This document shows positions 47,600 to 61,689 of a DNA stretch of 64,000 nt, piece by piece; within the stretch, counting starts at the first letter, position 1; every line of letters starts with the position of its first letter. The DNA is from Octopus vulgaris. Lineage: Eukaryota. A program made the position numbers and the translations under genes. Location: positions 163,370,001-163,434,000 of the forward strand of contig OX597814.1 of the NCBI GenBank assembly GCA_951406725.2. The letters run 5' to 3'. The notes under the pieces are model-generated. The model was not told where the DNA came from and made no database searches. It saw nothing but the letters and a program-made list of their open reading frames with translations.

Positions 47600-48960
47600 T
47601 TGAATTAAAGATGGAGAAAAGTAAGTTTGAACAATTTAATTGTCGGCTCAAATTGAAATGCAAAGCAGCGGAGACTGCTCGCAATATCAACCACGCATTT
47701 AGCCAGAGCACCGTCAATAAACTCCAAGTACGACATTTGTTTTAAAAGTTTAATGTAATGGAAAGGAGTCTTGAAGATGGTGAAGGTTGTAAATTTACTG
47801 TGATTGACAATAACCAATTAATGGCCTTTGCTGAAGCACCATCACACAAAGTATTCTCTAGAAGTAAACAGTGATCCTTCAGTAACTGTTTGGTATTTTC
47901 ACCAGACTGGAGAGTAAAAACAACCCGCTAAGTGGGTGCTGTTCGAGCTAACAAAAATTAAAAAAACATCACCCTTAAGTAATCTGGTCTGCGCCGCAGC
48001 AAAAACGATTCATTTCTTGATTACTTTGTGACATGTGATGCAAAAATGAATTCTATAAGATAACTGACAGCGTTCTGAGCAGCAGTTGAAAAGAAGTGAT
48101 GCACCAGAGTACTTCTCCGAATTGAAACTAAATCAATAGCAGATTATTACCTCCGTCTTAGAGCAGGCGGAGGTGTTGTTTTCAGACGTGTTTGTTTGTT
48201 TGTTTGTTTGTCCGTGGACACGATATCTCAAGAATCGCTGGATGGATTCGGATGAAACTTTCGGGGATGTTTGGCATCGTGACTGGCACGAGCTGATTAG
48301 ATTTTGTGGCGATCCGATAGAGGACAAGGATTCTGGATTATTTTTCCTCTTTTTTTACTTCATTTTTGAGAGCGGTCGGGTTCATTTTTAGTATTCTCGT
48401 TTGTGAGAGCAGTCGAGTTTATTTCAGACATTCTCATTTTAAGAATCATCTCCGGCTTATCGTTGAGAAGATGATGGTGTTGCCTTGGCGGAGGTTTGCG
48501 CTCCTGTTGTTAATGCTTTGTTGTTGACAGTGGTATCACCCACCACAATTTCTTGAATCTAATTAAAACCATTACAACAGAGAACTACTTACTGCCCAGA
48601 AATCGACAAAATACATCAAGAGATGCTACGAAGTGGGCAAATTCTTCTTGACTAAAACTTCAGCACGTGCGCTGCAAATGACTGCAAATAGAACGAACTG
48701 GGCTAAGAAGCTCTCTCATCCACTTATTCCTCACAACTCTCTCCAACTGACTAACACTTTTTACAAGCATCTCGCGAATTCTCTGCAAAAGATTTCAATT
48801 ACAAATCATCAGTTCAATAAGAGTGTTTAGAGTTCAAGACCACAGAATTTTATACTACGGAAACGTGTTCCTTGTTGCCAAAACTGTAGAATCTGGCGGT
48901 TATTTCGATTGATAAAATTTATTCTGAGCTCAAATATACCAATTCAAATTGTTGGTTTAA
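47600..48960 (+). mobile_element. Highly decayed mariner copy, interrupted by a Helentron-associated element
   Basis: KCKAAETARNINHAF, KWVLFEL and FLDYFVTCDAK remnants. Confidence 0.65.
48143..48503 (+). mobile_element. Helentron-associated (HINE/DINE-1-like) non-autonomous element
   Basis: 5' ttattacctccg..ggcggaggt hairpin, (gttt)n microsatellite, 3' subterminal ccttggcggaggtttgcgctc. Confidence 0.6.
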
Positions 48961-49318
48961 AATGGCAGTGTATCAACTTGAATTTCACAGTCTGCAACAT
49001 TTAAGCTTAAAATTCTTAGTCGAGACTATTGCTGTTAATGCATATCGTTGAAATTTGGAGTTTTTAACTTGTATACTTTCTGCTGCGAAAATCATCCTCC
49101 TCACAACCATCACTACCACCACGTCACCAACATCATCTCCCAGCATCGCTTTGTCGCACTCAGCTTCCTAATTCTATCACAGAGCAGAGCCTACTATTGT
49201 TCATCAACATTGTCGTCATTATACCTGCTTGCTACAAGAGAAACATGGAGCTCATTAGTGCGCAACTTAGCAAGTTTATCATGCTTGACCCTTTCGAAAG
49301 CTTTGTTGATATCAAGAG

Positions 49319-49482
49319 AGCTAGCATAGCTAGAGTGTGCCGCTCAGGGCGGCCCTTCCGTTTGCCGCCCTCGGACCCCACAAAAACACATATAGTCTAC
49401 AGCAGACCCAAAAGTGGTGCCTCTTTAAAAGTGCCGCCCGGGGCGGACAACCTCCACCGCCCTCCTCCTGGCTACGCTAGTG
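49319..49482. mobile_element. GC-rich MITE with 8-bp TSD (hAT-type)
   Basis: Imperfect TIRs ctagcatagctag / ctggctacgctag. TSD atcaagag at 49311-49318 and 49483-49490. Confidence 0.7.
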
Positions 49483-51299
49483 ATCAAGAGTAATATGACT
49501 GATTTCATCGAAATTATTGGGGACTATAGTGGAGAGCTTTGAGCATAATGTGAGCAGTCACCTTTGCAGGTGGCTGTGCTTGTCTCGCAGCTTGATGAGT
49601 ATTGAGCTGTGCAGAAATAGTAACAAGCTCAGGCTTCCGTTTAATTTTTCAAGGAGGAATTCATGATGATACGGACACGAGAGCACCTGCAGTACACCGG
49701 TTCAAGGGATGCACATTGAAAAGTGAAAGAAACTGAAATACGATGATTACTAAATGTATTTTGTGTATGCACTTTATATACTTTATCCACAATTTTATAG
49801 ACTTAATACACAGCACTCATAAAATATATATTCACTCTTATTTTTCCATTTTCCCCATAAGCAAAAAAAATATCGCCGTACATATGATACAACCTTTAGT
49901 TAAATCGCATATATCTGCCACGTAAATAAGAGTGAATATTTCACGGAACTGCACTCATGCGCATGTGTGAAGTGATAGGTGGTATAAAAAAACTTGGTTC
50001 AATTTTTTAAAAAATACATTTTTCACTATTTAATCACCAACACTACCAACACCACCACCTCCATCTCCACTACCACCACCAGCACCACTACCATCATCTC
50101 TCTCTCTCTCTCCTTCCTCGCCCTTCTGCTAAAATTATATTTCTAATTCTCTTTCCCTGTATCTCTCCTTCAACTAACTTCTTTAACCCCATAATAGATA
50201 TTACACTCCCCCTACCTCACGTCATGGATGCTTCTCTCTTCCTCTTTTTCCCCTCTCCCCAGTTTTCTTCCTCTCTCTTTCTGTCTTATCCTCATTTCTC
50301 TCTCTCCTTTTCGCCTTATCCTCTTTTTCTCTCTCTCCTTTTTCTTTCTCTCTTCATTCCCTTCAACTAATCATGTGAAAGCGTTGCAATTACATATCCT
50401 CTACCTCACGTCATGTGCGCTTCTTTCTCCCACTTTTCTTTCTCCATCTTTTTCTGTAATCACGTGAAAGCATTATCGACGGGTTAAGTAACGTAGTGAC
50501 AAACAAAATTATGATAAGATGATAATAAGTGGTGGCAATGCGGGAACAAGATGCCTAGATGAAATGGGAGCAGGTGATGGAGTGAAATGTCACCTGACAG
50601 AACATCTGAAAGTAAAACCTTCAGATTAGCTTTTATATGTCAGGATTTGGTCTTCCCCACTTTGAAGAAGAACTTGTTGGCAAATTTCCCGTTCTTCAGA
50701 ATCATACACCGAGACTGTTTGAAACTCATTTGCACCAACGTTATGAACTTCTCAAACTTCCGCGGGATCTATTCAGCTTCCTGCACTGTTGTCGGGGTCA
50801 CCGTGTGGTTGTCCATGAAAGCTTCAGTGGGTTGTTGCCTTAGTCATGAAGGGGACGCCAGCATTCCTTCTCTACTGAAATGACCAGCATGTTTATTGTC
50901 AACACAAAGAAGAACGCAGAGATGGTTCACCCAGTAATTACTTCCACTTCTAGTTAGTGTCAGTCTGATGTCAGCTGGCCAGATGAAAACCCCAAACTTA
51001 ATTTTCTGTAATAGTCTATGGTAAGGCCTTTTAACTTGTAGGATATATGGTGTCTCTCCAATACCCAATACAGCTTTGTGATCCCCATCTAGCCTATTTA
51101 CACGAGCATAGTAAAACATCCGCATGTCTCCGTGCTCTGAGACAGGGGTCTTCGAGCCCTTCCTGAGCAGCAGCAACGTGGCACCAGGTGAGGGATGCTA
51201 TTATTGGCAATATAACGAGTTCTTTAAGAGCATCACTGAGAAAATCAGCAAGAGGATCACTGAAAGCAGAAATACAACAAAGACTGTCTATTGTTAAAG

Positions 51300-51850
51300 A
51301 TGGAGAGTGGCCAAAAGAAAGACCAAGAAGTGACTCCCAATAGTTTACTGACCATGCATATCACTGTGTGATGAATGTTGACTTAAAGAACCAGCTAAAA
51401 TTTCTATTACGTATCATCCAGTCCTCGTTGAAACTAGATAGCATCCTAGCAACAAAGCAGCTCATTTTATTGGAGTCAACTGTGACCTATAGGGATAAGT
51501 CAGAGAAGGGATACAAAAGGAAGTGAGCAAACCACCAGGAATTGTAGGAAGACTGTAGCAAGAACGAGTGGAGGACCAGGCCTTTTTCAGTAGAAGTGGG
51601 TTGTCAAGGATTCACAAGTCGTTTCCTCAATAAAGCTCATGGATCTCTGGTCATTAGAGGAATGAGTAAAAAATCCATCAATAAAAGCATAGACTCATCT
51701 GAAAATCACCTTGATGGTTATAGCTAAAAGCGGTGATCAGTGAGGTCAGTAGAATGCTACTTGGACACAGGCCTAGGCTTAATCAACTTAGAGGATGGGG
51801 ATGTATGTTGAAGGAACCAGAACACGTAGTAACTTCAGAATATAACATTG
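51300..51850 (+). mobile_element. RLE-bearing (HERO-like) LINE 3' remnant
   Basis: Degenerate frame with EWRTRPFSVEVGCQGF, typical of the C-terminus of restriction-like endonuclease domains. Confidence 0.5.
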
Positions 51851-52259
51851 ACAATTAATCAAGGTTTTGTATCTGTACACGTACGTAGAACAATGATTTG
51901 GCAGGTGCCCTGAATTTCAACAACAAATTCTTTAAAGATTGTTGATTTGGGTCAGTAAAACAAGTATAGCCAGTTATCTTTTAAATTTTGCATGGGAGAA
52001 TTTTGATTTGAGCTTTTTGTCTTTTAACAGTAACAATGAAACAATAACCAGACATTCAAGGTTAAATTATTGTAGCATACCAGTCTCACTTAGGTGTATA
52101 TACATTAAACCGAAATGAGTTGAGAGAAATAATTCAGAGTAGCCATTAGCATAAAAGTTCAGCAAAGATAAATACAAGTGTATCAGATACAACACTGTAA
52201 ATTTTTGATTTATTAAAATAATCTCGCTGCCTCTAGTTTTGTTCAATGACACAACCCAC

Positions 52260-54960
52260 ATACGATCTAAAGATTGTGAACCTAATCATTCGGTTTCGCA
52301 CCTTCATACAACGTAAGTAGTGATGTTTGCTTCGTCTTTTTTAGTGAAATGCCAATTTATCGAACCAGGATCACGATAAAATGCCTCTCAGTATACTATG
52401 CATTTATGCAACCACAATCACAAACATACGTTTGATACTTTTGTGTGTGTCTATATTCTTTGGCTGCTGGAGATAGTTTGGAGCGAAAGATGTTGCATGG
52501 CACTCTGGGAGTGTGCAAAAAGATCCCAGTCATCAGTATATAGGAATTCGTGTATGAGAACAGCTTTGCTTTGGCAGCAAGCCAGCTTACATTCAACATC
52601 CTACCCGTTATCGATATCTGATGTAGACCTCATGTAAGCAACCTACAAAAGCCATCGATAAAACCATTACCAAGAACAATGCAAACAAAGTTGGCACTGG
52701 GATATCCCCTTAATTAAAACCATTTTCAATAAAAATTGTATCAGAGAGCTTACTATCCACGTTGGTCCATGCTTTCATTCCATCATGAAAACATCTAAAC
52801 TTTCTTAGAATGTTCCATAAGGCATTTCAATTTCAGTGTCAAAAGTGTTAGTTAGATAATGAATCGATAAAGGTCCATGTTAAGCTCAATGCGTTTTTCC
52901 TGAAGTTACTTAACAAAAAAAAATCATATCCGTTGTCTCCCACCATTCCTGAAACCACGCTGAAATTTAGGAAAGACCTCCTTATCGATGTTGATGAGAA
53001 ATCTCTTCAGCATGATCCTATATAACAACTTGCTTACAACAGAAAGAAGAGATATTCCACGTTATTTTTCGCAGTCGTCCTTCCTTTATAGAGAACCACT
53101 ACTAGCGTATCTTTCAACCGTTTGAGACACTTTCTTCAATCCAGACCTATTGCTTTAGTCAAACGTCGAAGCAGGCTTTCACTTTCACATTCCATGATCT
53201 CGGCATAGAGACTCTTTATCCCAAGCGACTTCTAGCTATTTGGCTTTTTTTTTTGTTTCACAGATTTTCAGCTTCTTCAAGGAAAGGAGTCTTTGCCTGT
53301 ATTCTTTTGTTGGCAAACAACGAATCAAGTCAACAAACTCATCATAAAAGTCTATGTAAATGTTCGTTAAAGTGTTTTCGCCACCTGACAAGAATATCTC
53401 TGGGCAACTCTTTGCCATCAAGAGTTCATAGAGGAGCAACAGGAGAGTAAGATCGCCCATAAAGCCTGATCTGCTTTATTCCTCTACCAAGTATCCAGTA
53501 TCTCACGAAACCTTTGATATACCTTACACTTTATGTACTTGCACAAGGTTTCATTCTTCTGCATTTCTAGTTCTCTTCCAAGGACACTCGCGAGCACTAC
53601 ATTCTCTTCTTTAAATAATGTTTGAACTTCATCATTTAATTTCTTTAGGATGCACGATCAAGACGATGGTCAGTCTAGCATTCAACTCCCTGCATAACGT
53701 GAACACTACACATATAATGAGCATCACGCCTACGAACATCAAAATCAATCATATGCCATTGCTTCGAGCCTGGTTGCATCCAAGTTATTTTGTATTTATC
53801 TTTCTACTGGAACATGGTATTCGCTATGCATAACTTCAGCCCCTGACACATTTACAGCAGTAACAAGCTATTACTATTGTACTTTCAAACTCTGTGCTTT
53901 CGAGTTACATTCCAGGTTTGTAATCTTTGCTAACTCTAGCACTAAAGTCACCGAGTATGACAACTTTATCGGCACAAGGAATCTTGCATAAAGTTTCTTT
54001 AATGAAAAATAAAATGCTAGTTTTTCATCTTAAGAGGAACACATGGCTGAAGCATGGACACTTACTAGAGTAACGAATCTATTGTTTGACAACGGACTCA
54101 TTGGTATCAACCAATCAGTCACTCCACACGGAAGCTCTTCCTGCCTAGAAAGTTTTATATTCTTTCCCGCAAATGCTACACCAGTCTCTGCTCTCCCACT
54201 CCAATAAAACATGTAACCAACCTCTTCAGGGAGCCTCATTCTAGACAAAGCCATCATAATTATGTTATGCTGTTGCGGCTCTGGTTACAAATGTCATCCA
54301 TCTTCCGGCGAGTGTTGTATAACATATATAATTTAATAAAGTGTGAGTATTCCAGCAAATAATACTCAAAGGTCTAAGCCTTCATACAGTGGTAAGATGA
54401 CGACGGGTCCAGGCTGCAGTGTTCTGAGACACCCGTTGAGTCAGACCCTTTCACTATCCATTCGCCTCTTTATTAGTCTGCAAATTATTGTTATTTTTCA
54501 CTGAGTGTTTTGTCTTTTTATAGCTATAGTAAGCAATACATAACAGAATTTTTAAAAAAAATTAAGCTATGCCTATGCTTGAAACTTTTTAGAGTGAAGA
54601 AAGGTATTGTACAGGACCAATTCCACTCTCTGACAATGGATGCATTTGCCTAAAAAGAAGAGCTAATCTCCATCATTGGATGCAAAAGAAGTCGCAGGTG
54701 TTGCATCAGTTTTCTTTCTCTTAGAGAGATGTTTGAACATAGACTAGGGGTCTCTCACTCCCAGCTGTTGGATAGTCGTTGGATCTACTGAATTCATCCA
54801 ATCCTTCACAGGCCTTGTTTTTCATTCTGTAGGGCGTCCAGCAAAATATCACCCTCCTAACCAAGCAGGCTCGGTAGGATTTCCGGTTTAGTCGCCGACG
54901 GTCCGTCCATGCGACTGGTTGTACTGGGTTACATGCTACAGGTAGAGCTTAAGAGTGACC
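52260..54960 (-). mobile_element. Decayed RTE/BovB-like LINE (APE + RT), nested between long inverted repeats
   Basis: APE remnant MALSRMRLPEEVGYMFYWSGRAETGVAFA...FVTLVSVHA and RT remnant GDIPVPTLFALF. Confidence 0.7.
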
Positions 54961-55065
54961 TAAGACTACACATGCGCGTGCACTCACAAGAAAAGTATAG
55001 ACGATAAAAGATACATGCATTTAAATGTATGTATGCAAGTATGTGCACAAGCGTTACACCAGTAT

Positions 55066-55263
55066 GCTACAAGGGGCTAAACATAGAGGGGACAAACAAG
55101 GACAGACAAATGGATTAAGTCGATTATATCGACCCCAGTGCGACCTCGAAAGGATGAAAGGCAAAGTCGACCTCGGCGAGATTTGAACTCAGAACGTAGC
55201 GGCAGACAAATTACCGCTAAGCATTTCGCCCGGCGTGCTAACGTTTCTGCCAGCTAGCCGCCT
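55066..55263 (-). mobile_element. SINE family B with internal deletion
   Basis: Reverse complement of 25044-25260, lacking part of the central domain. Confidence 0.85.
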
Positions 55264-55846
55264 TTCAGTATACCACAATAATTTAGACCTTGAACTTTGG
55301 GCAATTATCTTATTGTCATATATGAAACGGCAAAAGGCTTAAATCAAAATTTTCTCATATTTAAAAGTTAACTGGCTATACTTGTTTTACTGACCCAAAT
55401 TAACAATTCATAAAAAAAATTATAGTTAAAATGGAGGAACCAGCAAAACCCTTTTGTTCTACATAGAGATGCAAAACCTAAATCATTTCTCAGTGTTGTA
55501 TCCTATGGTCACTGGATGTTTCGACACTTGAAAATTCTGAGGGTAGGGAATGATTTTTAAGAAGCCTCAAACCCCGTTATCTTCTTTTGAATTTAGCTCT
55601 CAGGCACACACTGAAATACAAAACATTTATTTGTTCCTACCGATGTGTTGTTTCACCCTACTCTCTCCGACAATTTCTGCGATATCGCTTGCGATGCATT
55701 TCCTCGACATAGCGCTATAGAGACAGCCTCATTCTCAGACTGCAATCACAAATATGAACATCTCTTCCAAAATCAATGAGGAGAGTATTTATAGACTTCT
55801 TCGAATCCAGCAGTTTCTCTACTCTGGTTATAAATTCACAGATACA

Positions 55847-56036
55847 CTCTTTTACTCTTTTACTTGTTTCAGTCATTTGACTGTGGCCATGCTCGAGCAC
55901 CGCCTTTAGTCGAGCAAATCGACCCCTGGACTTATTCTTTGTAAGCCTAGTACTTGTTCTATCGGTCTCTTTTGCCAAACCGCTAAGTTACGGGGACGTA
56001 AACACACCAGCATCGGTTGTCAAGCGATGTTGGGGG
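55847..56036 (-). mobile_element. SINE family A 3' half
   Basis: Reverse complement of 12692-12885. Confidence 0.85.
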
Positions 56037-56547
56037 TACTTTTCATATTTATTGTATCGACCGTGTGATGTGCAAAGGAGCCATTCTCGTCACATCACTT
56101 CGCCCGATCGTTTACAAATGTGTGTGCCAAATTTCATTATCCTTCCTTAAGTTTATTTTGAATAATTAAGAAATATCAATGTATAAATCTTTCTGGGACA
56201 CCCTGTATATAGGGAGAATTCATAAAAAAAAGAGACAAAGACAGGTGGTGTAGACAAGCAGACGTATTAGTCTAACGCTCGTGAAGTGAAAAAAGTCTTT
56301 AACGTTTCGAGCCTACGCTCTTCCGCAGAAAGGAACACAGAAAGAAACATGTCTGTGTGTACATATACGCACACAGACAAAGACACAAACACACACACCA
56401 TATTGGTGAACGCTCAGAGGCAACGTAAGAGAATGAAGTCTTTAGTCATGTCAAGGACGTAGAAATCCAAGGGTGATAAAATGCACTCAGTTCACTCTGG
56501 TTGTATGCAACTCGAATACATACATGCATACTCATTTGCATATCGTT

Positions 56548-56630
<83 letters not shown>

Positions 56631-57234
56631 CTTGTGTTTTGATATCTATTGTATAATAATTTCACATTGAAATTATGACAATTATTTTATTGTCAGTTAT
56701 TATACTCTAACTGAAATTCTTCCACGAAAATTTGAAAGAACTAGCTGCACCAGTTTTTAGTTTCCCATATCAAGAATCTACGAAAGAATTAAGGCCAAAA
56801 GAGAAAGACCAGCACTAAAACTCTGATGTATTGTTCATCAACAGTTTCTAAACTGCGCTGGATATGAAACTGAAGTCATTAAGACATACAAGGAATATTA
56901 ATTATGATAATGATATTGGTTTCAGATTTTGGCATAAGGTCAACAAGTTCGGGGGACGGGTGGTTGGTTAAGTCGATTACATCTAACCCAGAATTCAACT
57001 GGTACTTCTTTTGTCGATCTCGAAGAGAGAAATTGACAGAGAGAGAGAGAGAGAGGGGGGAAAGGAGGGGAGAGAAATAGAGACAAAGAAAAAAATTCGT
57101 GTTGACCGGGTATTTATGAAAAATTCGACTTTAATCTGAGTATTGAGATCTATATTAAACTTGCTTTAAAATAACCGATTAACATAGAGGCTGGTATACA
57201 TGCATGCATACATACAAACGCATGCACACGTATG

Positions 57235-57266
<32 letters not shown>

Positions 57267-57764
57267 TGTATGTATGTATGTATGTATGTATGTATGTATG
57301 TATGTATGCATGTATCGCAATCCCTTGTCATCTCCTTTGTGAAACCCAGCATCCTGATTTTGGGTTTCATCACTTCTTCCCGAGCTTTTTTCTCCTGCAA
57401 ATTCGATCCACATTGACTACTGTGTATTACTTTCATCTTCCGTACTTACCACATACCAATGCTACCAGAGCCTTTTCTCTTGCAGACTACATCTGATTCC
57501 TTTTATGTTCAGCTTTTCTCTCAGCTTTTTGTGCTCTGTAGTTTAAACACACACGTTAAACATCTAGCGCCTCATGCTTGCTTTATTTCTTTCTGGCCTT
57601 TGTAAATTCTCTGCATTTAAGGCCCATGCACTACTTCCACGAAAAATTGAGGTTTGTACACAAATGTTATGCAGTTTGCCCTTCACTCCGAAAATGAGCA
57701 ACACTTTGTTTTCATTAAAGATAATTGCAATTTGAAAGTTTTGTGACTCCATTCTTATTCTAGC

Positions 57765-59260
57765 TACTTTCGATAGGGTCAACCATCAGTACTTGGGGGC
57801 TTTCCTTAAGGCAGTTGGTTTCGGTCCCGTTTTTAGAGGCTGGATCGCTGCAATGCACAGTGACATCTGTTCGGTGGTCAAAGTAAAAGGCCACCTGTCG
57901 GAATCGTTTAATATTGCATGTTCGGTCCGTCAAGGATGCCCGCTCTCACCCCTTCTCTACGTACTAGCACTCGAGCCATTACAGCGGAAGCTGGATGTTT
58001 CGAGGGACATCCCGCGTGAACTAGGATGTGGAAGGTTCGTGTCGGCATTTGCGGATGACGTCGCTGTGATAGTGTCTCAGAAATCGAGATGGTCGGTACT
58101 ACCCTAAAGGATTATGAAGCGGTGACAAGAGCAATGATTAATCGGAAGAAGTCAGTGGGTCTGCAGCTCGGCACAGGTCATTGCCATTCGACAGCGTTGT
58201 GGGGCGCTGGACGGAAGGATCGGTTAAGTTGTTCGGTGTCTGGTTCGGTCCGGACCTCCAAGTGGACAAGAACTGGAGTGAGGTGACAGACAGGATGGTT
58301 AGTCTCATCCAGAAATGGGCCGAGAGGAAGCTGTTCCTGAAAGGTCAGGCAGAGATGGCGAATGCGTACATCGCATCCGTCATATACTACCGCTTGACTG
58401 TCGTCCCATGCCCCGCTTCGGGGCTGAACGGGCTGGTGCGTTTAGTCTTCTGCTTCCTGTGGAAAGAACAGGTACCGTTTGGCAAACGGTCCATTTGCTG
58501 TCATCACCTGTTGCCTGGAGGACTGGGCATGCAGTGGCTGATGATGCACAGACATGCGCTAACGCTGCGACATCTCCAGCAATACCTTAACGGTGAAAAG
58601 GTGTGGTCGCCGTTTCTTGGACGCGCTTTTCCGCAGCTCGTCTCTTTGACCTGGCGACAGTCCTGGATTAGGCGTAGACCGAGGCAGGGCGCTTGGCACC
58701 TAGAGTGTCTCCCAGAGCTCACAGTCGGGCAGTGCTATCGGTGGAAGTTCCACCTTGGAGTTCTATAGGGGATTAGTGGAGGGCAAGAGTGACAACGTTC
58801 TCGAAGAGGTTGTGGGCGTCGGGAGGGATCAACTGGCTGGTCTCTTCGGGAGGACTTTCAGGCCGGGGCCTATAGACAACTTCCAGAGATCCCTGGCCTG
58901 GCAGTGCTACCGGGGAGCTCTGAGGGTTCGCGATAAGCTCTACAGGCACGGGTGTGCAATCGTCCAAGATGTACGCGGAGCAATGAAACCGTTCTGCATG
59001 CTCTCGTACGGTGTCAACGCATTGCTGACTTATGGAGCTTTGTCGAACAGTTATTGTCACGTGTAGGACGGATACGGCTATCGTCCGAGTCCATCGTGAA
59101 GGTCACCCTGCCTACTTCCTTTGGCTGAGAAGCACAGGCAGTTTTTCTCTAACTGGTGGCTATGGCGGAAAAGATTGTGTGGCAGACGCGATTGAAAGGG
59201 TTGAAGACGGGTACTTTCTTCTTCGGCCAAGGCCTCATTGACTTTTTCAGGTTCCAACTG
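57765..59260 (+). mobile_element. L1/Tx1-clade LINE ORF2 fragment (RT and C-terminus), frameshifted
   Basis: FDRVNHQYL, SVRQGCPLSPLLYVLALEPL, VSAFADDV, VKLFGVWFG, GGLGM, LRVRDKLYRHG. GC-rich relative to flanks. Confidence 0.88.
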
Positions 59261-59611
59261 CTGTTGGACGAAGTTGGTGACTCTCCACGTGGCTGTTGTT
59301 GTGTTGTTGCTGGAACTGGCTGTGTCTTGTGTGGTCAGTGGCTAGACCTTAAAAGGCCTGGAACCGAAAGACCTCGGCACGATGTGAAGCTAGAATTTTA
59401 TAGGGTGCAGTCGGCTCACTGGAGGTTTAGAAGAGACTGTCTCAAGTGACCTTATCAGAAGGCTGCGATTGGTTGGGTTGCATATTGGCGCGCAATAGAG
59501 CAAGAGACAAGTTGAGCCAATACCAACCAATCAAAATAGTGGACACAACAGGGTCCATAAGGGTGGCCGAGGGCTAGCTGTTATCTACTACGTCCATATT
59601 TATGTATATAT

Positions 59612-59653
<42 letters not shown>

Positions 59654-60368
59654 TTTCCCTCAAGCGTACGCTACACATTCTAGTGTAAATTGTCAATCCA
59701 TTGCAGTATTTACATTTCAAAATGATCATCTTTCGCCTTCACCTGCAAACAAGTGGTCCCAGAAGAGTCTGTGTGCATACAAGTCCGTGTAGAATTGTGG
59801 AAGAATGCGGGAGCTGATCTTCAGGACGGGAGACGAAAGAGTTTGGCTTTTGAAAATGTAGCTGCTTGTGGGCTTTCATAGTTCCATCCATGTAGTTTTG
59901 TGCAAAACAGATACTTGTTGGTGCAGTTTCCAAATGTATGTCCCGGAGAGACTTGTAGAGATGCAATTTGGTTGTTCTGCAGCACGAGTCGCAGTTGCCT
60001 GCATTGTCTTCGTTGGTAAGATGCGTGTTGTCACCACTTGGACTGCGGAATTTCGATAAGGGACTGCATTTTTTGTTTCCCTCATTGGTTCATGGATCTA
60101 TCTTGGTAAAGTTGTGTAGAACATGTTGAAGAAGAATTCATATGAGTTCCCCACCCACCAGCAGAATTTTAAGTTTAAAGACTTCGGATTCTCCGGAAAT
60201 GTAACAAAGATATTTTTCTGATATATGCAATTCAAACTTTGGTCTGGTGTAATTCGATCTTCGTCTCTAATTGTAGAAAGTTGCATGTTTGTACGAGGAG
60301 AAGGTAGCTATTCCTTAGTCGAGGGCATCAATTTTAACAATCAAATATTAGATCCAATTTTAACAGTT

Positions 60369-61215
60369 TACTAGATGTACTCGTGACCCGTTCGATTACA
60401 ACCACTCCAAGTTGAAAATGTCGATGCGCGGCGGCAAAGGAAAAAATACTATTTTATTTAAAATAGTAATCTTTATCATCTTAATCAAATTTCAGAAAAA
60501 CAGACAGAGAGTCCTTTCCGAGGGTTTATTTCAAATTCCATGTTATACCTATAGAAGCCATCCGACAGCACAAGGAGGAAACATAGTCCAAAATTTTCGT
60601 AATGCAATTACAGATTAAGGGAGGAAGAAAGAGAGCATTGTAATTTTCTCTTTAAGAAAATAAAAATCAAGTTGAAAAGTGTGGCTTTGAAATGCCGATT
60701 CACCCCCACCCCCATCCCACCCAGGTCCCACCCCCATCCCACCCAGGTCCCACCCCTCATTGGAGTCGAGCGAGTGGAATTAGATTACTATGATTTCCTT
60801 TTCGAAATAAAAGCCCGCCATCATTTCGTAGGGTTATCGCCACCGCAAATCGACATTTTCAACTTGATTTTTTTTTTCTTTTTATTTAAAATAAAATTTT
60901 AACCATTGCAGTGTAGAAGGTGTTTATAAGCCATTTAAGAAATACACACCTGTGCTTCGGAATTTTGTCAGTGAACAGGTCGCGACGAAAATATTTTGAC
61001 AAATTAGATTTAAATGTTGAAGTGAATCTGATTTTGTGTGTTTCTTAAATGGCTATGCTGCAATTGTATTCGTTCCAACACGTTCTCAGATCAGGTCACT
61101 ATGCAAGTACATCTCCGTAATTCCCCAAAAATGTAACCTTTATCATCTTAATCAACAGGCAGAAAAACAGAAAGACAAATTTTGTGTTTTAATTTTTTTT
61201 ATAGATAGATAGATA
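60369..61215 (+). mobile_element. Probable non-autonomous element with internal direct and inverted repeats
   Basis: Starts tactag...gacccg, ends in T-run plus (taga)n. Direct repeat ctttatcatcttaatcaa at 60471 and 61138. Inverted repeat agccatttaagaaatacaca / tgtgtgtttcttaaatggct. Confidence 0.4.
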
Positions 61216-61457
61216 CTCATTAAACCAATCTATCGAGGTTCGAAACCAATTATAAATCGAAAATTCCCTTCATTACAACATTTTTTTGTTTTATTCCTTC
61301 CCCTGAGGTAAATTCTGATATTATCACAACTTTTTACTCGACTTAGTGCTACATATAAGTAGTCATGATTGCAAACAGGTTCTTTCAAAAATAAAAGAAC
61401 CTTCTCCAAAATTTGACCTTGAGGTTTGTGAATCCAGGAGAAAAGATCGTAATAACA

Positions 61458-61689
61458 ATTTCTTTACGACCCACAAGGGGCTACACACAGAGGGGACAAA
61501 CAAGGACAGACAACGGATTAAGTCGATTATATTGACCCCCAGTGCGTAACTGGTACTTAAAATTATCGACCCCGAAAGGATGAAAGGCAAAGTCGACCTC
61601 GGCGGAATTTGAACTCAGAATGTAACGGCAGACGAAATACGACTACGCATTTCGCCCGGCGTGCTAACGTTTCTGCCAGCTCGCCGCCT
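61458..61689 (-). mobile_element. SINE family B, full-length with ~15-bp TSD
   Basis: Reverse complement of 25044-25273, flanked by aagatcgtaataaca / aaggtcgtaataaca. Confidence 0.88.
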
